A DNA stretch of 56,890 nucleotides from assembly GCA_003554615.1 (NCBI GenBank), contig PWGX01000008.1, forward strand, positions 1-56,890. Reading direction: 5' to 3'. The DNA is from Syntrophomonadaceae bacterium. GTDB taxonomy: Bacteria; Bacillota; Dethiobacteria; DTU022. Positions 29,443 through 39,199 of the stretch are shown piece by piece. The position numbers and the translations under genes were made by a program. Every line of letters begins with the position of its first letter. Within the stretch, counting starts at the first letter, position 1. The notes beneath the pieces were generated by a model. The model saw only the letters and a list, made by a program, of their open reading frames with translations, searched no databases and had not been told where the DNA came from.

Positions 29443-32099
29443 TGACCGGGCAGTATGTTTACACCTTCGAAGAAGGAGACCGATCAATGAAAGGCTTGCT
29501 GGGCGGGAAAGGGGCCAACCTGGCTGAAATGGCCGGAATAGGCCTTCCTGTTCCCCCGGGATTTACGGTTACGACCGAGGCCTGCAACCGCTATTTAAGC
29601 AGCGGTGAGAAACTCTGGCCGGAATTGAAAGAAGTGATACTGGATAATTTAAAAAAACTGGAAAAGAAAACCGGGCGCGAATTTGGAGGTGAAAACCCGC
29701 TCCTGCTGTCTGTTCGTTCCGGAGCGGTTGTTTCCATGCCCGGGATGATGGATACCATCTTAAATCTCGGTTTGAACCCCGAAACGGTCGAACATCTGGC
29801 CAAAGAATCCGGGGATCGCCATTTTGCCCTTGATTGTTACCGCCGGTTCCTGCAGATGTTTGGCGATGTGGTTTTAGAGGTTGAACACCATCACTTTGAA
29901 AATATATTAACGGAGGCCAGGCAAAAAAAACAGGTTGCCACAGATGCTGAACTGGAAGAAAAAGACCTGGAACAAATCGTTGCTGATTTCCTGGATCTGG
30001 TTAGAAAAGAAGTTGGCCGGGAATTTCCCCTGGACGTCGAAGATCAGCTTTTTATGGCCGTGGAGGCGGTCTTTAAATCATGGAATACTCCCCGGGCGAC
30101 AGTTTACCGCCAGGCCAATAAGATTCCTGCTGATCTCGGAACAGCGGTCAATGTCCAGGCCATGGTTTTTGGCAACATCGGCAATGACAGCGGAACCGGG
30201 GTTGCCTTCACCCGCAACCCTTCTACGGGAGAGCCAAAAATATACGGGGAATACCTGCTTGACGCCCAGGGTGAAGATGTTGTAGCCGGGATCCGTAACC
30301 CCAAGCCCCTGGAAGGCCTGAAAGAAGATTTGCCGGAAGCGTATGATCAGTTTATTGAAACCTGCCGGAATCTGGAAAGGCACTACCTGGATATGCAGGA
30401 CATCGAATTTACGATTGAAAGAGGAAAGCTGTACATGCTTCAGACCCGCACCGGTAAGCGAACGGCCCAAGCAGCCCTGCGGATAGCTGTGGACATGGTT
30501 GAAGAGGGCCTGATCGATAAAGAACAGGCTCTTGAAAAAGTGGAACCGGCCCAGCTGGAACAGCTCCTGCACTGGCAGATCGATCCCGAGGCCAAAATGA
30601 ACTATATCGCCAAAGGGCTTCCTGCATCACCGGGCGCGGCATCGGGAAAAGTTGTTTTTGATGCCGATCGGGCTCACGAAATGGCTCAGGAGGGGGAAAG
30701 AGTGCTTCTGGTCCGCCCTGAGACCACTCCTGATGATATTCACGGCATTATTGCCGCCCAGGGGGTATTGACCAGCCGGGGCGGCATGACCAGCCACGCC
30801 GCTGTAGTGGCCCGCGGTATGGGTAAACCCTGTGTCAGCGGCTGTGAAGATTTAAAGATCGACCTGACCAGGGGAATTTTTTATGTTGGAGGCCAGCAGT
30901 ATTCCGAGGGAGAAATCCTTTCCATTGACGGCACTACCGGCCAGGTTATCCTCGGTGAAGCGCCCCTGATTGAACCCCAGTTTAGCGAACAATTTTATGA
31001 ACTGCTCGGCTGGGCGGACGAAATTCGCCGCCTCAGGGTAAGGGCCAATGCAGACACCCCTGAAGACGCGCGCCGCTCGGTGGAACTGGGGGCGCAGGGT
31101 ATCGGCCTGTGCCGGACTGAGCATATGTTCATGGCAGCCAACAGGATTCCGTCAGTCCAGAAGATGATTTTGTCAGCCGATTCGGAAAAACGCAAAGAAG
31201 CCCTGGAAGAGCTGTTACCGATGCAGCAGGGGGACTTTAAGGGAATCTTATGGGAAATGGCCGGTTTACCGGTTACCATCCGCCTGCTTGACCCGCCCCT
31301 GCATGAATTTTTGCCAGACCGGGAAGAACTTCTTCTCGAGGTTGACAAAATGCGCCGGGAAGGCGGTGATCCGGAAAAACTCCGGAGAAAAGAAGAACTG
31401 CTTCAGAAAGTGCAGTCTCTTTCAGAATTTAATCCCATGCTCGGGCACCGCGGCTGCCGGTTGGGTTTGGTATACCCGGAAATATACCAGATGCAGGTCA
31501 GGGCAATTTTTTACGCTGCTTTTGAACTTCTCGATGCAGGGATCGATGCCGGGAAGCTGCAACCTGAAGTAATGATCCCCCTGGTAGGGCATTTTGAAGA
31601 AATGAAACGGATGAGAAAACTGGTAGAAGAAACAGTGGAAGAACTGTTTGAGGAGAAGGGAGCCAGGATTCCTTACTTGGTCGGGACTATGATCGAGCTC
31701 CCCCGGGCCTGCCTGGTGGCAGACCACCTGGCAAGTGCGGCAGAGTTTTTCTCCTTTGGGACCAATGATTTGACCCAGACCACCCTTGGTTACAGCAGGG
31801 ACGACTCGGAAGGTAAATTTTTACCCTTCTATATTCAACAAAAGGTTCTGAAAGCCAACCCCTTTGCCGAGATTGATGTTGAGGGGGTGGGCCGGTTAGT
31901 AGAAACTGCCATTGAAAAAGGCCGGAAAACCCGCCCTGATCTAAAACTTGGCATATGCGGAGAACACGGCGGCGATCCGGCCTCGATTCACTTCTTTAAC
32001 TCGGCCGGCCTTGACTACGTGAGCTGTTCTCCATATCGCCTGCCAATTGCCAGGCTTTCTGCAGCCAGGGCTGTAATTTCTGAAAAAGATCATAACTAA
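29439..32099 (+). CDS. ppdK: pyruvate, phosphate dikinase
   Basis: LLGGKGANLAEM, SVRSGA, GGMTSHAAVVARG (phospho-His), SFGTNDLTQ, GICGEHGG. Confidence 0.98.
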   Translation: MMTGQYVYTFEEGDRSMKGLLGGKGANLAEMAGIGLPVPPGFTVTTEACNRYLSSGEKLWPELKEVILDNLKKLEKKTGREFGGENPLLLSVRSGAVVSMPGMMDTILNLGLNPETVEHLAKESGDRHFALDCYRRFLQMFGDVVLEVEHHHFENILTEARQKKQVATDAELEEKDLEQIVADFLDLVRKEVGREFPLDVEDQLFMAVEAVFKSWNTPRATVYRQANKIPADLGTAVNVQAMVFGNIGNDSGTGVAFTRNPSTGEPKIYGEYLLDAQGEDVVAGIRNPKPLEGLKEDLPEAYDQFIETCRNLERHYLDMQDIEFTIERGKLYMLQTRTGKRTAQAALRIAVDMVEEGLIDKEQALEKVEPAQLEQLLHWQIDPEAKMNYIAKGLPASPGAASGKVVFDADRAHEMAQEGERVLLVRPETTPDDIHGIIAAQGVLTSRGGMTSHAAVVARGMGKPCVSGCEDLKIDLTRGIFYVGGQQYSEGEILSIDGTTGQVILGEAPLIEPQFSEQFYELLGWADEIRRLRVRANADTPEDARRSVELGAQGIGLCRTEHMFMAANRIPSVQKMILSADSEKRKEALEELLPMQQGDFKGILWEMAGLPVTIRLLDPPLHEFLPDREELLLEVDKMRREGGDPEKLRRKEELLQKVQSLSEFNPMLGHRGCRLGLVYPEIYQMQVRAIFYAAFELLDAGIDAGKLQPEVMIPLVGHFEEMKRMRKLVEETVEELFEEKGARIPYLVGTMIELPRACLVADHLASAAEFFSFGTNDLTQTTLGYSRDDSEGKFLPFYIQQKVLKANPFAEIDVEGVGRLVETAIEKGRKTRPDLKLGICGEHGGDPASIHFFNSAGLDYVSCSPYRLPIARLSAARAVISEKDHN

Positions 32100-32133
32100 A
32101 GCTGTTTTTATAAAATTGCCTTTACCTGCAAAC

Positions 32134-32158
32134 AGGAGAATAACTTTTTATGGCGAAT
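32134..32158 (+). promoter_or_regulatory. putative sigmaH promoter
   Basis: AGGA-N17-GAAT upstream of the oxidoreductase gene. Confidence 0.55.
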
Positions 32159-32195
32159 AATTTATAAGTTAAAATTGTTGCAAGGAGTGATCTAA

Positions 32196-34292
32196 TTGAC
32201 TCAACATGGAAACCAGGATTTAGCTTTAGAAAATATTCACCCGCCCTGTCAATCAGCCTGCCCGCTGCACCAGGGGGTCCGTGATTACTTGCTGGCCATT
32301 GCCACCGGTGATTTTGATCGGTCGCTGGCAATAATCAAAGAAACAAACCCTTTACCGTTTGTTTGCGGCACTATCTGCGCCCATCACTGTGAAGATGAAT
32401 GCCGCCGCAATGATGTCGACAAGCCGCCTTCAATCAGGGGGTTAAAACGGTTTGCCATTGAATACGGCAATGCGAAAGCACAGCCCCTGGCTGAAGGGCC
32501 AAAAATCGAAGGGAAGGTGGCAGTAATCGGAGCCGGCCCTTCCGGCCTCACCGCCGCTTATGATCTGGCCCGGATGGGAGCAAATGTAACAGTATTTGAC
32601 AATGATAACATGCCTGGAGGCGCCGTCCGCCACTATATCCCCCTTTACCGGCTGCCTGATGAAGTGGTAGATCAGGATATCGATGAAATCGCCGAACAGG
32701 GGGTTAAGTTTAAGTCCGGAGTTGAACTGGGTAAAGATATAACCATAGAGCAGCTGGAAAAAGAAGGTTACCAGTCTATTCTGCTGGCTATGGGGTTGCC
32801 GGTAAGCAGGGGCCTGAATTTGCCCGGTACCGAAGGAGAAGGTATATTATATGCTCTGCCTTTCTTGAAGAAGGTCAAGCGGGAAGGTTTTAAATTTGAA
32901 GGAAGCCCAACCGTGATCGTAATCGGAGGCGGAAATGTGGCCATGGACGTATCCCGTTCGGCTTTGCGGGCGGGCGCGGGCAAAGTCAAGCTGGCCTGCC
33001 TGGAGTGCGATGAAGAAATGCCCGCTTTCAGCTGGGAAATTGAAGAAGCCCAGGAAGAAGGAGTCGAAATGAACCCTTCCTGGGGTCCGGACGAAATTGT
33101 CAGGGAAAATGGCAAGATCAAAGGGCTCCAGCTGGTTGAGTGCACCTGCGTGTTTGATGAGCAGGGGCGTTTTAGTCCGGACTTTAACAAGGAAAATAAA
33201 AATCTTCTTGAAGGAGATATAGTGATCTTCGCTATCGGCCAGGGCGGCGATGCCGGGCCTGTCCGCGGCGAAGTTGACGTTGATGAACGCGGCCGGATCG
33301 TTTTTAATAACCGGACTATGGCTACCAGCCGTCCCGGAGTTTTCGCCTGTGGAGAAATGGTTGTCGGTCCCAGTACTGCCGTACAGTCCATGGGCAACGG
33401 CCGGGTGGCCGCAAAAGCGATTGCCAGTTATCTGCAGGGAGTACCTTTTGACAGTGCTGCCCTGGAAGAGGTGACTGAACTCGAAAAACTGGACTCCCAG
33501 GTGGCCGAAGAAATCGATCAGGTAGAGCGTAATCCCATCCCGATGATGACTCCGGAAGAACGGGTGCGCCACTTCAATCAGGCGGAACTGGGCTATGATC
33601 CTGAAACAGCAGTTTGTGAAGCCCGCCGCTGTCTGACCTGTGCCGCAGGGGCTCAGCGAATTGATGAACTTTGCGTTAACTGCCTGACCTGCGTCCGGAT
33701 CTGCCCTTATGATGTCCCTGTCATCAACGAAGAAGGCACGGTTACCATCCGCAATGAACACTGCCAGGCCTGTGGCCTGTGCATGGGGATCTGCCCGGTC
33801 TATGCCATCAAATTCCGCTCCTCTTATGTGGACGAAGCAGCCGATGCTATAGAACCGGCCGTGAAAGAACTGACTGACAACCGCAATGGAGAGCCGGCCA
33901 TGCTGGCTATAACCTGTGCTTACGGAGCCTTTGCCCTGCCGGAATTTGTAAACAAGGAGCATAAAAACACCGTGGTAGTCCGTTATCCATGTGTGGGTAA
34001 AGTTGATTCCCTCCACCTGCTTAAGGCGATCGAAGAGGGCGCTGACGGTGTGGTTGTGGTCGGCTGCAGCGAAAGCGATAAATTTAAGTGCCAGTATAAA
34101 GAAATCAGCCAGTGGGCGGAAAAACGAGTTAACCATGCTGCTGATTTGATGGAGTCAATCGGCCTGGAACGGGAAAGAATTTCCTTTGCCGAACTGGCCG
34201 GTGAAGAAATTGACAAGTTTGATCAGGTGGTAGCCGAAGCTGTTAAAAACCTTAAAGAAGGCGGCTCATCATCCGAGGGTGAAGAAGAATAA
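32196..34292 (+). CDS. GltD/NfnB-like FAD/NAD(P) oxidoreductase fused to a 2x[4Fe-4S] domain and an MvhD/FlpD domain
   Basis: CQSACP...CGTICAHHCEDEC, GAGPSG, GGGNVAMD, CVNCLTCVRICP, CQACGLCMGICP, then ITCAYG/RYPCVGKVD/GADGVVVVGC/CQY. Confidence 0.85.
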   Translation: MTQHGNQDLALENIHPPCQSACPLHQGVRDYLLAIATGDFDRSLAIIKETNPLPFVCGTICAHHCEDECRRNDVDKPPSIRGLKRFAIEYGNAKAQPLAEGPKIEGKVAVIGAGPSGLTAAYDLARMGANVTVFDNDNMPGGAVRHYIPLYRLPDEVVDQDIDEIAEQGVKFKSGVELGKDITIEQLEKEGYQSILLAMGLPVSRGLNLPGTEGEGILYALPFLKKVKREGFKFEGSPTVIVIGGGNVAMDVSRSALRAGAGKVKLACLECDEEMPAFSWEIEEAQEEGVEMNPSWGPDEIVRENGKIKGLQLVECTCVFDEQGRFSPDFNKENKNLLEGDIVIFAIGQGGDAGPVRGEVDVDERGRIVFNNRTMATSRPGVFACGEMVVGPSTAVQSMGNGRVAAKAIASYLQGVPFDSAALEEVTELEKLDSQVAEEIDQVERNPIPMMTPEERVRHFNQAELGYDPETAVCEARRCLTCAAGAQRIDELCVNCLTCVRICPYDVPVINEEGTVTIRNEHCQACGLCMGICPVYAIKFRSSYVDEAADAIEPAVKELTDNRNGEPAMLAITCAYGAFALPEFVNKEHKNTVVVRYPCVGKVDSLHLLKAIEEGADGVVVVGCSESDKFKCQYKEISQWAEKRVNHAADLMESIGLERERISFAELAGEEIDKFDQVVAEAVKNLKEGGSSSEGEEE

Positions 34293-34315
34293 GCCACCCT
34301 ATAAATTCAGGACTT

Positions 34316-34352
34316 AACAGCCCCGGGTGCCTGGTGGTGCACCGGGGCTGTT
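34316..34352 (+). terminator. hairpin after the oxidoreductase gene
   Basis: AACAGCCCCGG...CCGGGGCTGTT stem; weak U-tract. Confidence 0.6.
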
Positions 34353-34475
34353 GTAGTGTGCCCTGCATGTTTTTTAGCCTGGCTTTGAAAGCCCGTTGTG
34401 AGCGTGGCTTTACCACGTGAAAAGATGGTTCATTTATGTTTCCGTTTGGGTTGGTTTCAAACAAAAAATGAAGGC

Positions 34476-34500
34476 AGGAATTCAAACATAACTGTCGAAT
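34476..34500 (+). promoter_or_regulatory. putative sigmaH promoter upstream of dnaG-sigA
   Basis: GCAGGAATT...GTCGAAT (AGGA-N17-GAAT); the B. subtilis sigA operon is known to carry sigmaH promoters. Confidence 0.6.
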
Positions 34501-34682
34501 AGAATATACCTGAATGAAACCGGGCCGGGTTCTAATTTGTCTCCAATAAGAAAACAAATGATCACCAGAAGCACTCATGTTTAAATACGGTCAGGATTTA
34601 AAAATATACCTGGAGTTGAAAGGAAGGAAATAACTCTTAATAGGCATTAGTTTTAACCTGAATAAATAAGTCGATCGGGTTT

Positions 34683-34713
34683 ACCTCGTCTCTGTTTTCG
34701 AGATGGGGTTTTT
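34683..34713 (+). terminator. intrinsic terminator about 80 nt upstream of dnaG
   Basis: ACCTCGTCTC-N7-GAGATGGGGT followed by a T-run. Confidence 0.6.
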
Positions 34714-34795
34714 GTTATCTTGATATCCTGGATTAACTGCAGCTTTAGGGACTGGATTGTGAATTTGAAGCTAAGATCAGACGGCAGGGGTTTTT

Positions 34796-36610
34796 ATGAG
34801 CCGGGGCATACCGGAAAATGTTATCGAGGAAATCAGGCAGCACACTGACCTGGTAGAAGTGGTAGGGGAATATCTGAGCCTTGAAAGGAGAGGGAAAAAC
34901 ATGATCGGCCTCTGCCCCTTTCATAGTGAAAAAACCCCGTCTCTTACAGTTTCGCCCGAGAAACAGCTTTTTCACTGCTTTGGCTGTGGGGCTTCCGGTA
35001 ATGTTTTTAGCTTTATCATGCAGATTGACAACTTGACATTCCCGGAAGCGGCCCGATTTTTGGCCGGGCGAGCCGGGGTAAAAATCCCGGAACAGAAAAA
35101 ATCAGCACCGGCCGAAGACGATTTGAAAGCTAAAATATATCAGCTCAACCAGCTGGCTGCTAAATATTATGTTTATTGCTTAAACAACACCGGTGCCGGT
35201 AAAAAGGCTCTTGACTATTTGTATCGGAGGGGAATAGAACAAAAAACAATAGAGCAATTCATGATCGGTTATGCACCGGTGGATTGGACCGGCTTTTTCA
35301 GCTTTGCCCAAAAGAAAGGATTTAGTGCCGAGCTGCTGGTAAAAGCCGGCCTTGCATCGCCGGGTCGGCAGAAAGGTTTTTATGATCGGTTTCGAAACAG
35401 GATCGTTTTTCCGATCCTTGACATCAGCGGGAAAGTGGCCGGTTTTGGAGGCAGGCTTTTGAACGGTGAAGAAAAACAGGGTCCGAAGTATCTAAATTCG
35501 CCGGAAACGCCGGTTTTTGACAAAGGGTCAATCCTGTACGGGATGAACCTGGCCCGGGAATGGATCAGGCGGGAGAAGCTGGCCATTATGATGGAAGGTT
35601 ACACCGATGTGGTTACAGCTTATCAGGCCGGGATAAAGAATGCAGTTGCTTCTCTTGGCACATCATTAACGACCAGCCAGGCCCGCAGCCTCAGATCCCA
35701 GGCTGATACAGTAGTTACGGCCTATGATTCAGATAGTGCCGGCGAGGCTGCAACCTGGAGAGGATTGAGCATTCTGCAATCCACCGGATGCCTGGTTCAG
35801 GTAGCCGAGATGCCGGAAGGAAGTGATCCTGACGATTTTATCCGGGAACAGGGAGCGGATAAATTTCTGGAGATCACCCGCAATGCCTGCCCCCTGATGG
35901 AATACCGGCTGAGGCAGTTAAAGAAAAGGTACGATCTGTCCTCAGACCGAGGCCGTCGCGAATACACAGAAGAACTACTGGAGATATTGGTCACGGCTGG
36001 TAATCAGATTGAACAAAATTACTATTTAAAAAAAGCTGCTGAAGAACTCGGTGTTGATGAAGATGCACTGCGCAGCGAACTGAAAAAACGCCGTTACAGG
36101 GGAAACCGGTCCATGCAGGCAGGAAAACAGGAAGTGCCGGAGAAGAAACAACATATTAATATCAAACCTGCCGAAAAAATATTGATATCTTTAATGCTTC
36201 AGAGCAAGGAAATAGCAAAACAAGGTCGAAATCAATTACAATTGGATTTTATTGAAGATGAACGGGTCAGGAATATTTTTACCTTAATATTTGAACAAAC
36301 AAAAGATGAAAAAATGGCCTCTGTAGACAGGATATTAGATCATTTTGAAGATCCGCAGACAATTAATTTAATAACCGAGGCTGTAACCGATCCTGCTTTG
36401 CAGGATTTGTTACCCCAAACCGCGAAGCGTATGACAGAAGATTGTATCAACAAGTTGTACACGATTTGGGCAAAACGGAAACAAATAGAATTGCAGAAAA
36501 AACTAAAAGAACTGGAGCAGCAGGGTTCTGAAGAGCAGTTAGAGGAACTGCTGAAAGAACATCAGCACTTGTTGAAAAGAAAAGAAATTAACCCTTGCCG
36601 GATGGAATAA
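34796..36610 (+). CDS. dnaG: DNA primase
   Basis: [15 protein letters not shown] zinc finger, [32 protein letters not shown]. Confidence 0.97.
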   Translation: MSRGIPENVIEEIRQHTDLVEVVGEYLSLERRGKNMIGLCPFHSEKTPSLTVSPEKQLFHCFGCGASGNVFSFIMQIDNLTFPEAARFLAGRAGVKIPEQKKSAPAEDDLKAKIYQLNQLAAKYYVYCLNNTGAGKKALDYLYRRGIEQKTIEQFMIGYAPVDWTGFFSFAQKKGFSAELLVKAGLASPGRQKGFYDRFRNRIVFPILDISGKVAGFGGRLLNGEEKQGPKYLNSPETPVFDKGSILYGMNLAREWIRREKLAIMMEGYTDVVTAYQAGIKNAVASLGTSLTTSQARSLRSQADTVVTAYDSDSAGEAATWRGLSILQSTGCLVQVAEMPEGSDPDDFIREQGADKFLEITRNACPLMEYRLRQLKKRYDLSSDRGRREYTEELLEILVTAGNQIEQNYYLKKAAEELGVDEDALRSELKKRRYRGNRSMQAGKQEVPEKKQHINIKPAEKILISLMLQSKEIAKQGRNQLQLDFIEDERVRNIFTLIFEQTKDEKMASVDRILDHFEDPQTINLITEAVTDPALQDLLPQTAKRMTEDCINKLYTIWAKRKQIELQKKLKELEQQGSEEQLEELLKEHQHLLKRKEINPCRME

Positions 36611-36623
36611 GGAGGGGATATCA

Positions 36624-37739
36624 ATGGCTAAAGATATAGAAAAAACAATTTCCCTGGAAGACGCGCAGCAGGAATTAATCGAGCGCGGTAAAAATAAAGG
36701 CTCAATTAGTTATAAAGAGATCATTGAGACCCTTCAGCCGTATGATCTTTCAGTGGATGCACTCGACAACTTTTACGATAAACTGGCCCAGCACGGGATA
36801 GAAATAACTGATGATACCACAGCCGACGTTAAGGAAGATGCTAAACCTGCCCATACGGATGAAGAGGTAAAAGAGGAAGCAAGCAATCTTTTAGCGGTGC
36901 CGGAGGGAGTCACGGTAAATGATCCGGTTCGGATGTACTTGAAGGAGATTGGCAAAATTCCTCTGCTCACTTCGGAAGAGGAGGTTGAGCTGGCCAAGGC
37001 TATTGAGCAAAACGATGAGAACGCCAAAAGGCGTCTTGCCGAGGCTAACCTCCGCCTTGTAGTCAGCATAGCGAAAAAATATGTGGGACGGGGAATGCTG
37101 TTCCTGGACCTGATCCAGGAGGGCAACCTTGGCTTGATTAAGGCTGTAGAAAAATTTGATTATCGTAAAGGCTATAAATTCAGCACTTACGCTACCTGGT
37201 GGATCAGGCAGGCCATAACCAGGGCTATAGCCGATCAGGCCCGGACAATCCGCATCCCGGTCCACATGGTTGAAACCATCAACAAATTGATCCGTATTTC
37301 CAGGCAGCTGGTCCAGGATCTGGGCAGAGAGCCCTTGCCGGAAGAAATTGCTGAGGAGATGAATATCACTGAAGAGCGAGTCAGGGAAATCTTGAAAATA
37401 GCCCAGGAACCGGTTTCACTCGAAACGCCCATTGGTGAAGAAGATGACAGTCATCTCGGCGATTTTATTGAAGACCACGAAGCACAAGCTCCGGCAGATG
37501 CCGCCGCCTTCGAACTGCTCAAAGAGCAGCTTGAGGACGTGTTGGATACCCTTTCTGCGCGGGAAGAAAAAGTGCTGCGACTGCGTTTTGGCTTAGATGA
37601 TGGACGCTCAAGAACGCTTGAAGAAGTTGGACAGTACTTTGGAGTGACCAGGGAAAGGATCCGCCAGATAGAAGCTAAAGCGCTTCGCAAACTGCGCCAT
37701 CCCATGCGCAGCAAGCGCCTGCGCGACTACCTTGAATAA
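36624..37739 (+). CDS. sigA: RNA polymerase primary sigma factor
   Basis: [48 protein letters not shown]. Confidence 0.98.
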   Translation: MAKDIEKTISLEDAQQELIERGKNKGSISYKEIIETLQPYDLSVDALDNFYDKLAQHGIEITDDTTADVKEDAKPAHTDEEVKEEASNLLAVPEGVTVNDPVRMYLKEIGKIPLLTSEEEVELAKAIEQNDENAKRRLAEANLRLVVSIAKKYVGRGMLFLDLIQEGNLGLIKAVEKFDYRKGYKFSTYATWWIRQAITRAIADQARTIRIPVHMVETINKLIRISRQLVQDLGREPLPEEIAEEMNITEERVREILKIAQEPVSLETPIGEEDDSHLGDFIEDHEAQAPADAAAFELLKEQLEDVLDTLSAREEKVLRLRFGLDDGRSRTLEEVGQYFGVTRERIRQIEAKALRKLRHPMRSKRLRDYLE

Positions 37740-37760
37740 ACTAAAAAGGAGCAAATATTT

Positions 37761-37800
37761 GAGACAAGCCCTTGACGGGTTTGTCTCTATTCAGTATAAT
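37761..37800 (+). promoter_or_regulatory. hairpin after sigA overlapping the tRNA-Asn promoter
   Basis: GAGACAAGCCC-TTGAC-GGGTTTGTCTC hairpin; TTGACG(37772-37777)-N17-TATAAT(37795-37800). Confidence 0.75.
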
Positions 37801-37817
37801 ACAAATGCCGATAAGGT

Positions 37818-37892
37818 TCCTCAGTAGCTCAACGGCAGAGCGACCGGCTGTTAACCGGTAGGTTGCAGGTTCGAATCCTGCCTGGGGAGCCA
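37818..37892 (+). tRNA. tRNA-Asn(GTT)
   Basis: Acceptor TCCTCAG/CTGGGGA, anticodon loop CT-GTT-AA, TTCGAAT T-loop, encoded CCA. Confidence 0.96.
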
Positions 37893-37907
37893 ATTTTATG
37901 TACTTTT

Positions 37908-38588
37908 TTAACTGCTTTGCTTCTGCTTTCTCCAATCACAGCGATTCCTTTTGGAACAGAAGTCACAGGGAATCATACTGCTGTCGAGATCTTTCCCCCT
38001 GGGAATGATAAAAGAAACTGATTTCCTGGGGATCATCAGGCAGCTGTCTGATAAGCGGATTCCAATTTTATCGGCCGGTAAAATAGAAAAAACCAATCGC
38101 TGCTGCTCAATTGGCCATCCTTCCTGGCCGGGTTGAGCACGCATGCCCAGGGACAAGTCCAATTCGCAGGCTTTCTTGCTGATTATATCTTCTACAGTCT
38201 CCGAAACTTTGCGCACGGCCGCAATGCCGGCACCGTCTAGAGCTACTCCCATGATCGGATTTTCAGCCATTAGCTCCTGGACCCTTTGTTCAAGATCGCC
38301 GCCGATTGTGCATATGGCAATATTCAGGTGTTCTGCCCCGGCCATTGCTTTGCCAACCAGCGGCCCTTCAAAGCTTCCTCCCTCGAAGGTGATTTTCTGG
38401 TGTTCAAAGTCGGTTACCTCGATGATAGTATACATAGCCGCAGGATTGATCAGGGAATGGGTTTCTTCAATTACATCCCTTGCATTTTCAAAGAGCTTTG
38501 GTGAAGCCCTTTCCGGATCTATACCCTGGCCTTTTAGCACATCCTCCTCTGTAAGGGTAAAATCAAATTCAGTGACCAGTTCATACAT
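37908..38588 (-). CDS. stand-alone cobalamin-dependent methionine synthase activation-domain-like protein
   Basis: ICTIG..LE, ALDGAG, RAQPGQEGWP.EQQ, IGIRLSDSCLMIPRKSVS, C-terminal CDFC....RC. Confidence 0.75.
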   Translation of the reverse strand: MYELVTEFDFTLTEEDVLKGQGIDPERASPKLFENARDVIEETHSLINPAAMYTIIEVTDFEHQKITFEGGSFEGPLVGKAMAGAEHLNIAICTIGGDLEQRVQELMAENPIMGVALDGAGIAAVRKVSETVEDIISKKACELDLSLGMRAQPGQEGWPIEQQRLVFSILPADKIGIRLSDSCLMIPRKSVSFIIPRGKDLDSSMIPCDFCSKRNRCDWRKQKQSS

Positions 38589-38647
38589 GCAGTTTACCTC
38601 CTATATATAGAACAATCTGTTTATCATTTTAACTTGCTTCCACGTTC

Positions 38648-38677
38648 TTGACAACAATCTTTATGGTGTGTTAAACT
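38648..38677 (+). promoter_or_regulatory. sigmaA promoter of the tRNA(CAT)/tRNA-Glu pair
   Basis: TTGACA-N18-TAAACT with TG extension. Confidence 0.6.
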
Positions 38678-38716
38678 CATATAGCCGTAGGAGGTTAAGC
38701 TGATGGCAGGCGATGT

Positions 38717-38792
38717 GGGCCCATAGCTCAGCTGGAAGAGCTACCGGCTCATAACCGGTTGGTCCCAGGTTCGAGTCCTGGTGGGCCCACCA
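38717..38792 (+). tRNA. tRNA with CAT anticodon, most likely tRNA-Ile2 (lysidine)
   Basis: GGGCCCA/TGGGCCC acceptor with paired G1, ACCGG-CTCATAA-CCGGT anticodon arm, CCA; not initiator-like. Confidence 0.88.
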
Positions 38793-38800
38793 AGAATCCT

Positions 38801-38876
38801 GGCCCCTTCGTCTAATCGGTTAGGACACCAGCCTTTCAAGCTGGCAACAGGGGTTCGAATCCCCTAGGGGTCACCA
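38801..38876 (+). tRNA. tRNA-Glu(TTC)
   Basis: GGCCCCT/AGGGGTC acceptor, CCAGC-CTTTCAA-GCTGG arm, CCA. Confidence 0.96.
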
Positions 38877-38883
38877 ATTAGCT

Positions 38884-38920
38884 GAGCTAATGCTCAGCGA
38901 GAGAACAGCTGCCTTACAAG
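38884..38920 (+). pseudogene. degenerate 5' half of tRNA-Val(TAC)
   Basis: 32 of 38 positions match the 5' part of the intact tRNA-Val at 39786, ending in an identical CTGCCTTACAAG; no 3' half follows. Confidence 0.8.
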
Positions 38921-38933
38921 GCAAATTTTTTTG

Positions 38934-38973
38934 CACGCACGGGATATAAAAGTTCCGTGTGTGTTGTTTTTTT
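38934..38973 (+). terminator. terminator of the tRNA transcript
   Basis: CACGCACGGGA-N8-TTCCGTGTGTG followed by a T-run. Confidence 0.65.
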
Positions 38974-39199
38974 ATAGCGGCAATTTTCTTTTAAGGCTTT
39001 ACCTGCAGAAAGCCGCTGCCATAGATATTTTAAAGCAAGGGTACAATACAAAAGATACCGGACAAGCCAGTATCTTTAAATTGGATTTATGATGGCCTTT
39101 TCCAGACCTGGTTTAGGTTGACATCTGCAGGATTACCGAATAGATCCGGCCAAAGTTGCCCAGTAATACAAGGTAAGGAACTAACACTTAAGAATTGTT

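Noticed and set aside
32847-34136. 429-aa minus-strand ORF, and similar long antisense ORFs such as 8394-9074 and 50023-50688
   Set aside because: Lie opposite well-supported genes, lack recognisable motifs, and are expected from codon bias
33890-34292. Selenocysteine in the MvhD-like domain
   Set aside because: All four ligands are Cys codons and the ORF has no in-frame TGA
34577-34633. 18-aa ORF MFKYGQDLKIYLELKGRK as a gene
   Set aside because: No RBS and only a vague YqzL-like pattern with wrong spacing; mentioned only as part of the leader finding
37741-37935. 64-aa minus-strand ORF
   Set aside because: Antisense translation of tRNA-Asn
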